A stretch of 64,000 nucleotides of DNA, from positions 334,146-398,145 of the forward strand of contig CAZFRF010000001.1 of NCBI GenBank assembly GCA_964521295.1, read 5' to 3'. Positions within the stretch are counted from its first letter, which is position 1; every line of letters starts with the position of its first letter. Positions 58,879 to 64,000 of the stretch are shown in pieces. The notes under the pieces are model-generated. The model ran no database searches and was not told the origin of the DNA. It worked only from the letters and a program-made list of their open reading frames with translations. The position numbers and the translations under genes are program-made. The stretch is from an uncultured Gammaproteobacteria bacterium (GTDB lineage: Bacteria > Patescibacteriota > Microgenomatia > Levybacterales > UBA12049).

Positions 58879-60131
58879 TTTTCTTTACCGGTTAAATAAT
58901 AAAAGATATAAATTTCAGGTACCCCCTGTCTCCATTCGGGTATAATTCCTTCTTTAACGATCTTCTGCGCATCAATAGTTTTAAATTTTAATCCGTTTAG
59001 CTCCTTATAGTTAATATAATTAGCTATATTTGTATAAGCGATTGTAAATAACGAAACGATAATTACAGCCTTTATCAATCGACTTCTAAGGCTAAAGATA
59101 GTATACAAAATAAATGCCAAAATAAACAAAACAATAAATCTATTGATTGCAAAATAATAGTCAGTTAGCTCTCCACTGTAGGTGGTAAAAACAAACCAAG
59201 GAATAATAAACCACAGAGCTACTAAATAGCAGAATGCAATCTGATTTCTGGTTTTTGATTTATAGAGTTGTAAAAAATAAAAAACTGGAATAAGCAAGAA
59301 CTTAATAGGAACTAACTTATCCCAAACAAGATAGGGGTTAAATTGTATCAATGCATCACTTGCAAGTTGCAATAATCTTCTTAAATGAAAACCATGATAA
59401 TTCTGACTTAAATAATTTCCCAAAGCATTACCAGATTTGTCTACAAACTGATGTACCAAGTTTGGGATTAGCCAAACAAAAAAGAATGGAAATGAAATTA
59501 GTATGTATTTCAACATTTCTTTAGTCCGAGGAAAAAAAGGTAAGCTTAAAAGAATAATAATTGGGAAAAAGATTGCTGTAAAATGAAGATTAAACGCTAT
59601 TCCTGTTAAAAATGCTAAAGGAATTACTTTTTTAGTCTCTCCTTGAATTACTCTATATAAAAAGTAAAAGATGAGCAAAGAGATTGATGGAATAAAAGCA
59701 ACTGGCCATTGTACTCGATCAAATTGAATTGCTGCAGTTGTAAACGTATTCAAAAATACTGCAAAAATTGCAACTTTTTCTGAAAACAGTTTTTTTGTAA
59801 CAAAATAAATTACCCAAAAAGTAAAAATGCTCGTTACTCCAGCCAAAATTGGAGATGCAATGGGATTTAAATTTGTTAAGAAATAAAATACAGCAACTAA
59901 ATAATAATATGCAGGTCCAATAAATATTCCACTATTGCCTTTTGCAACCATTCCTAGAAGTGGATACTCATGATTAACTAAAATCACCTTAGCTGCCCAA
60001 GCATTATCTACCTGATCATATCCAAAACCATTTTTTATGTCTAATTGATAAAAACGTAAAAACAATTCAAAGAGGAAAATTATTAAAACCAATAATAAAA
60101 GCTTATTTTTAAATATTTTTTTTAATTTCAT
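58875..60131 (-). CDS. GT-C (ArnT/PMT-like) membrane glycosyltransferase
   Basis: LRFY, YDQ, PLLG, GPAYYY, RVQW, HF; multi-TM. Confidence 0.8.
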   Translation of the reverse strand: MKLKKIFKNKLLLLVLIIFLFELFLRFYQLDIKNGFGYDQVDNAWAAKVILVNHEYPLLGMVAKGNSGIFIGPAYYYLVAVFYFLTNLNPIASPILAGVTSIFTFWVIYFVTKKLFSEKVAIFAVFLNTFTTAAIQFDRVQWPVAFIPSISLLIFYFLYRVIQGETKKVIPLAFLTGIAFNLHFTAIFFPIIILLSLPFFPRTKEMLKYILISFPFFFVWLIPNLVHQFVDKSGNALGNYLSQNYHGFHLRRLLQLASDALIQFNPYLVWDKLVPIKFLLIPVFYFLQLYKSKTRNQIAFCYLVALWFIIPWFVFTTYSGELTDYYFAINRFIVLFILAFILYTIFSLRSRLIKAVIIVSLFTIAYTNIANYINYKELNGLKFKTIDAQKIVKEGIIPEWRQGVPEIYIFYYLTGKEK

Positions 60132-61777
60132 TTTTCAACTATAACAATAGCTGGACTTCCATCCAGATTCTTAATCACTTTAGTTGCAAATTTTGGAGCA
60201 ATTTCTCGAGAAGTTGCGACAATCATTGTGTCTCTTAATTTATAATCTTGTTCCCAATCTATGTTTCTAAAAACAAATTTATCAAATTGATGATGATAAT
60301 CAAATTGACCACTACTATTTACACCAATCTTTTGATATTCCGCTGGTGGATACTTCAAGTAAAAGAGGAAGAACATGTAGGATTTATCCATGGGCTCCCT
60401 ATCGGAAATAATAATTTTGTCATATTTGTCATACTTAGCTACCACTTCGGCTACAGCCTCTTTATAACCATATTGCCAATCTTGGCTAGTATAATAATTT
60501 AACTGTACAAAATATTGATTAAGATAATATGTGAAATTGAATATCGCAAGACAAAGGAAAATTGAAATTGCAAAATATTTTATTCGTTTATACTGGAGAA
60601 TAAAATATAAACTACTTACAAGTCCTACGGCTGACAATATTTGCCAAGTTGGTAAAAAGTTTAACGTTCTTACCGCATGCGGTACTCCGGTGGTAATTGA
60701 TGCAGGAACAGGTGCTAGTAAAAACCATCCCAAAATAGTCAATTTTGCTTTTTTGTCTAAATCAGAAAATAGTAATTTATATATACCTATTAAAATAAAT
60801 GGTAGCTCAAAAAGATAAATAATTCCGACATTGGGCGCATGATGTCTTAAAATATCTCCTGAAGTAAAAAGCCAATTCAAATCAAAATGAGAGATATATC
60901 CATATACAATTGTCTTAGCATAAACAACCCTTCTATTATCTAAAACTAAACCTAAATAATCATTGTTTGCCTTATCTCGCTCTAATTTTTGAACATTATT
61001 TTTAAGAATTTCAGTTTGATAATTAAAAATACTTGTTCCTTTGACTCTTAATAACGCTGATTTGTCTGTTAATATATAAAATATCATTGGCGAAATTACA
61101 ACGAAACCAACAACAACTGCTAAGATGAGATATTTCTTTTTTAAAGCAAATAGGGCTTTCCTAAAAACAAAAATTAATAATAACGCAAGCAACGGAGTAA
61201 AAACTTTGTCGCTTTGATATGTGTAGATACTAAATGCGCCCATTGTTGCAGAAAGCCCCAATAACAATGGCTTTTTCAAACCTTTTACAAAAAAGAGGGC
61301 CATTAAAATATTAAATGCATCTCCGACATTTGATTCAAAACCAATTCTTGAAAATTGTAAGGACCACGGTGAGATAGCAAACAGCAAAGATGAAATCAAA
61401 GCAAGTTGATCTTTATATTTATATTTTTCAAACAATTCTCTGATTAGGAAAAACAAGACAATAGTTGCAATTACTCCAAATACAGCCGAAGGGAGCCTAA
61501 CCGCAAAAGTATTCAAACCAAATACAGCAACGCTAGGAATTGCTAAATATGCATACATTGCAGGTTTATAGTCATTAAACGATCTTAGGACTACTGGAAA
61601 CAGCTTTCCATACTCGTCTCTACCTGTATGCAAAAGCGAATAGGCATCATAACCCAATGCTACCTCATCCCAATCAGGTGAAGGTGGGATGTTTCCAAGC
61701 TGCCACAATCTTAAAATAACTGACAGTACAATTATGCCAATAAAAAGTAACCAAGTAATTTTTTTATTTATATTCAT
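60128..61777 (-). CDS. GT-C (GT39/83) membrane glycosyltransferase
   Basis: WDEVALGYDAYS, SFNDYKP, RLPSA, SPW...SR..FE, WQYGY. Confidence 0.85.
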   Translation of the reverse strand: MNINKKITWLLFIGIIVLSVILRLWQLGNIPPSPDWDEVALGYDAYSLLHTGRDEYGKLFPVVLRSFNDYKPAMYAYLAIPSVAVFGLNTFAVRLPSAVFGVIATIVLFFLIRELFEKYKYKDQLALISSLLFAISPWSLQFSRIGFESNVGDAFNILMALFFVKGLKKPLLLGLSATMGAFSIYTYQSDKVFTPLLALLLIFVFRKALFALKKKYLILAVVVGFVVISPMIFYILTDKSALLRVKGTSIFNYQTEILKNNVQKLERDKANNDYLGLVLDNRRVVYAKTIVYGYISHFDLNWLFTSGDILRHHAPNVGIIYLFELPFILIGIYKLLFSDLDKKAKLTILGWFLLAPVPASITTGVPHAVRTLNFLPTWQILSAVGLVSSLYFILQYKRIKYFAISIFLCLAIFNFTYYLNQYFVQLNYYTSQDWQYGYKEAVAEVVAKYDKYDKIIISDREPMDKSYMFFLFYLKYPPAEYQKIGVNSSGQFDYHHQFDKFVFRNIDWEQDYKLRDTMIVATSREIAPKFATKVIKNLDGSPAIVIVEK

Positions 61778-63395
61778 ATGCTACTAACGCAGTTTTACCA
61801 TTTAATAAATTAAAGGTTTTTTTAATAACAATATTTTCTGGCAAAGTGTAAGGAGTATTTATATATAAAACATTTTTCTTACTAGACAAACTATAATCAA
61901 ATTTGCCAGGAAAAAGATATTTTCCTACTCTTTTTACTGTTACGAAACCAAAAGGATCTCTCTCTATTTCTGAGTTATTTCTAAAATATTCAGGGGACAC
62001 TTTATCATAGAACAAATGATACGCGTAAGGCCTACCTAATGCAGTTGTTATGACGATATTATCATATTTTGCTTCAACTGAACTTGCGTACGCCAGAGAC
62101 TCTTTATATCCATATTGCCATTCCCCTGAATAATCAATTGCATAATGCTTACCTAAAGAATGATAGAAATATATAAAGTTTCCTATTAAAAGAATTAAAA
62201 GTACTGACATAATTAAATTCTGTCGCTTTTTAAATAGATTCAGAAAGTTAACAAAACCATAAGCAACAAGAATTTGAAATGTCGGCAGCGTTGTTTCTAT
62301 CCTTAATGCATGCGGTGTTTCTCTTGCCAATCCTGCAGGTATAATTCCAAACAAAAGCCAGACAGGAATAAGCCACCACCCTCCTTCTCTTTTTTTAAAT
62401 AGTAAAAAAGCACCCCCAACAAAAAAGACTATATCCCAAATATATAACTGTCCTACATCCTGAACAGAAAATTTAGGATTACCATCTCCCCTAATAAACA
62501 AGAAGTTTGGAGATAAATTATCAAAATAACGTTTGAAAAATTCTAAGGTATATAAAACCCTACGATTATGTATTACCTTAGACCAATCTGCATTATTGTC
62601 ATTAGCAACTTGTTGGTTTGCTGAAGTTATTACTGTTGAATCAGAGAAAATATTTACTTCTTTATACCTAAGCCCAGCTTGCGGAGAAAGCAGAAACGGA
62701 AAAAGCGGTAGAAAAACTACCAAACCTAAAACCAGTGCTAAAATCATCTGGGTTTTAACTTTTATTAATCTTTTCCAATAAAATAAACTTAAAATTACTA
62801 CTAAAAACGGTGAAACAATCCTTGCGGTATTAAATACATACATTGAGGCAGCAAAAAAGAAAGCCGAAACCAACAAATACCATTTTTTATTCCCTATTCC
62901 CGCTAGGAAAGCATAAACACCAGTTACTATAAAAAAAGTGGCAATATTTGCTTCAAAAGCAGCTCTTGAGAGCATAATATGCCAAGGGGAAATTGCTAAA
63001 AATAAACTTGTAAACAAAGCATATTTTTCTTTATTTTCTGAATTTGCAAATAATCTTTTAACCAAAAAATATGATATTAATACAGTTAATACTCCGAAAA
63101 ATGCCGAAGGGAATCTGGTAGCAAATTCTGTTAATCCAAAAATCTTTACGGGAATAATTGCTAAATATGCATAAAGTGGTGGTTTAAAATCTCCAAATGA
63201 CTCAAGATAATCAAAAGGTAGTACCCTACCGAACTCATCTTTTGCATCTATACCTAATGCGTATGCATTATATCCCCAGGCTGTTTCGTCCCAAGTAAGA
63301 CTAGGTGGGTTAGTTGAAATCTGATTAAATCTTAAAAATGTAGCAATAAGTAGGATTAAAAGAAGTAAAATAATATTTTTATATTTTCTAATCAT
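61764..63395 (-). CDS. GT-C (GT39/83) membrane glycosyltransferase
   Basis: WDETAWGYNAY, SFGDFKPP, RFPSA, SPWH...SR..FE, WQYGY. Start moved to ATG 63395 (ATGA overlap). Confidence 0.85.
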   Translation of the reverse strand: MIRKYKNIILLLLILLIATFLRFNQISTNPPSLTWDETAWGYNAYALGIDAKDEFGRVLPFDYLESFGDFKPPLYAYLAIIPVKIFGLTEFATRFPSAFFGVLTVLISYFLVKRLFANSENKEKYALFTSLFLAISPWHIMLSRAAFEANIATFFIVTGVYAFLAGIGNKKWYLLVSAFFFAASMYVFNTARIVSPFLVVILSLFYWKRLIKVKTQMILALVLGLVVFLPLFPFLLSPQAGLRYKEVNIFSDSTVITSANQQVANDNNADWSKVIHNRRVLYTLEFFKRYFDNLSPNFLFIRGDGNPKFSVQDVGQLYIWDIVFFVGGAFLLFKKREGGWWLIPVWLLFGIIPAGLARETPHALRIETTLPTFQILVAYGFVNFLNLFKKRQNLIMSVLLILLIGNFIYFYHSLGKHYAIDYSGEWQYGYKESLAYASSVEAKYDNIVITTALGRPYAYHLFYDKVSPEYFRNNSEIERDPFGFVTVKRVGKYLFPGKFDYSLSSKKNVLYINTPYTLPENIVIKKTFNLLNGKTALVAYEYK

Positions 63396-63976
63396 TTTTC
63401 TACAAGAAACCACATATTTAGATAAGCCTCAAAATAACCCTTTTTCATTTTTGACCTACTAAAACCACTACTTTCAATTATATCTAATATCTTGTTCTGG
63501 GTGTAATGGCTTTTATGATCGTGTATTTCTTCTGAACTAATAAGTCCAAGACGTGCCATGTGATGCAAAAGCTTATCTGACCAAGGAGAAGGAGTTGTTA
63601 TTATCAATCTTCCCTTTGGTTTTAACACTCTATTTATTTCTTTTATAGCTGATATTAGTTTTTCTTTCTCTATGTGTTCAAAAACAGCAAGCATAGTAAC
63701 TACTTCAAAAGAATTATCCTTAAAGGGAAGCTTTTGTTTTGCAATATCTACTTTTTGCAGATTAATGCCTTTTATTTGAGTGTTAACAGCAGGATCTATA
63801 CCAAATTTATTATTAAATTTTGTAGATGTTAAGAAATGAGGATAAAAACCACAACCAATATCCAAAATGCTTCCATCTCTAAATGAATTTGGAATAAATT
63901 CATTTGCCTTTTGAGCTCGTTTTTCTGACAAAAACTTTTCTAATAAACCTGAACCACGGGTGAAATTAGTAGTCAT
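63392..63976 (-). CDS. Class I SAM-dependent methyltransferase
   Basis: ILDIGCG, LPF...FE, AVFEH, TTP. Confidence 0.86.
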   Translation of the reverse strand: MTTNFTRGSGLLEKFLSEKRAQKANEFIPNSFRDGSILDIGCGFYPHFLTSTKFNNKFGIDPAVNTQIKGINLQKVDIAKQKLPFKDNSFEVVTMLAVFEHIEKEKLISAIKEINRVLKPKGRLIITTPSPWSDKLLHHMARLGLISSEEIHDHKSHYTQNKILDIIESSGFSRSKMKKGYFEAYLNMWFLVEK

Positions 63977-64000
63977 AAAATTAATTTGTGAATCTATATT

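Noticed and set aside
1104-63174. Many short or antisense ORFs in the track (e.g. 1104-1454, 1702-2055, 30983-31336, 37075-37344, 60531-60818)
   Set aside because: They are shadows overlapping genes with clear family motifs and have no independent motifs.
1-64000. Alternative genetic code 25, RNA genes, transposases or integrases
   Set aside because: TGA terminates many full-length genes in ATGA overlaps, intergenic gaps are mostly too short and show no tRNA-like structure, and no recombinase motifs were seen.

Overview
AT-rich bacterial chromosome segment, almost entirely minus-strand and tightly packed, with many ATGA overlaps and TGA used as stop (code 11). Gene content suggests Patescibacteria/CPR, probably Microgenomates (inference from alpha2-type GlyRS, N-terminally short Mur ligases, DUF4012 and many GT-C proteins). 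1-6.2 kb: dcw cluster (mraZ-rsmH-ftsL-like-ftsI-murF-[DUF192, opposite strand]-murE partial) with MraZ-box repeats. 6.2-10.2 kb: orphan genes, one with an ADP-ribosyltransferase-like motif pattern, plus glyS and recO. 10.2-64 kb: a >50 kb surface-glycosylation locus that likely continues past the window edge. It contains DUF4012, a priming phosphoglycosyltransferase, a divergent ManC, 7 GT4, 6 GT2 domains, about 13 GT-C-type membrane proteins (two fusions, one split gene), a Wzx flippase, a WaaL/Wzy-like domain, 5 SAM methyltransferases, 2 acyltransferases, a TagD-like cytidylyltransferase, a CDP-sugar pathway and GalE. At least 13 genes have a -10 hexamer 6-8 nt before the ATG, suggesting leaderless transcription. 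I saw no rRNA, tRNA, CRISPR array or transposase. All family calls are by motif recognition, not database search.
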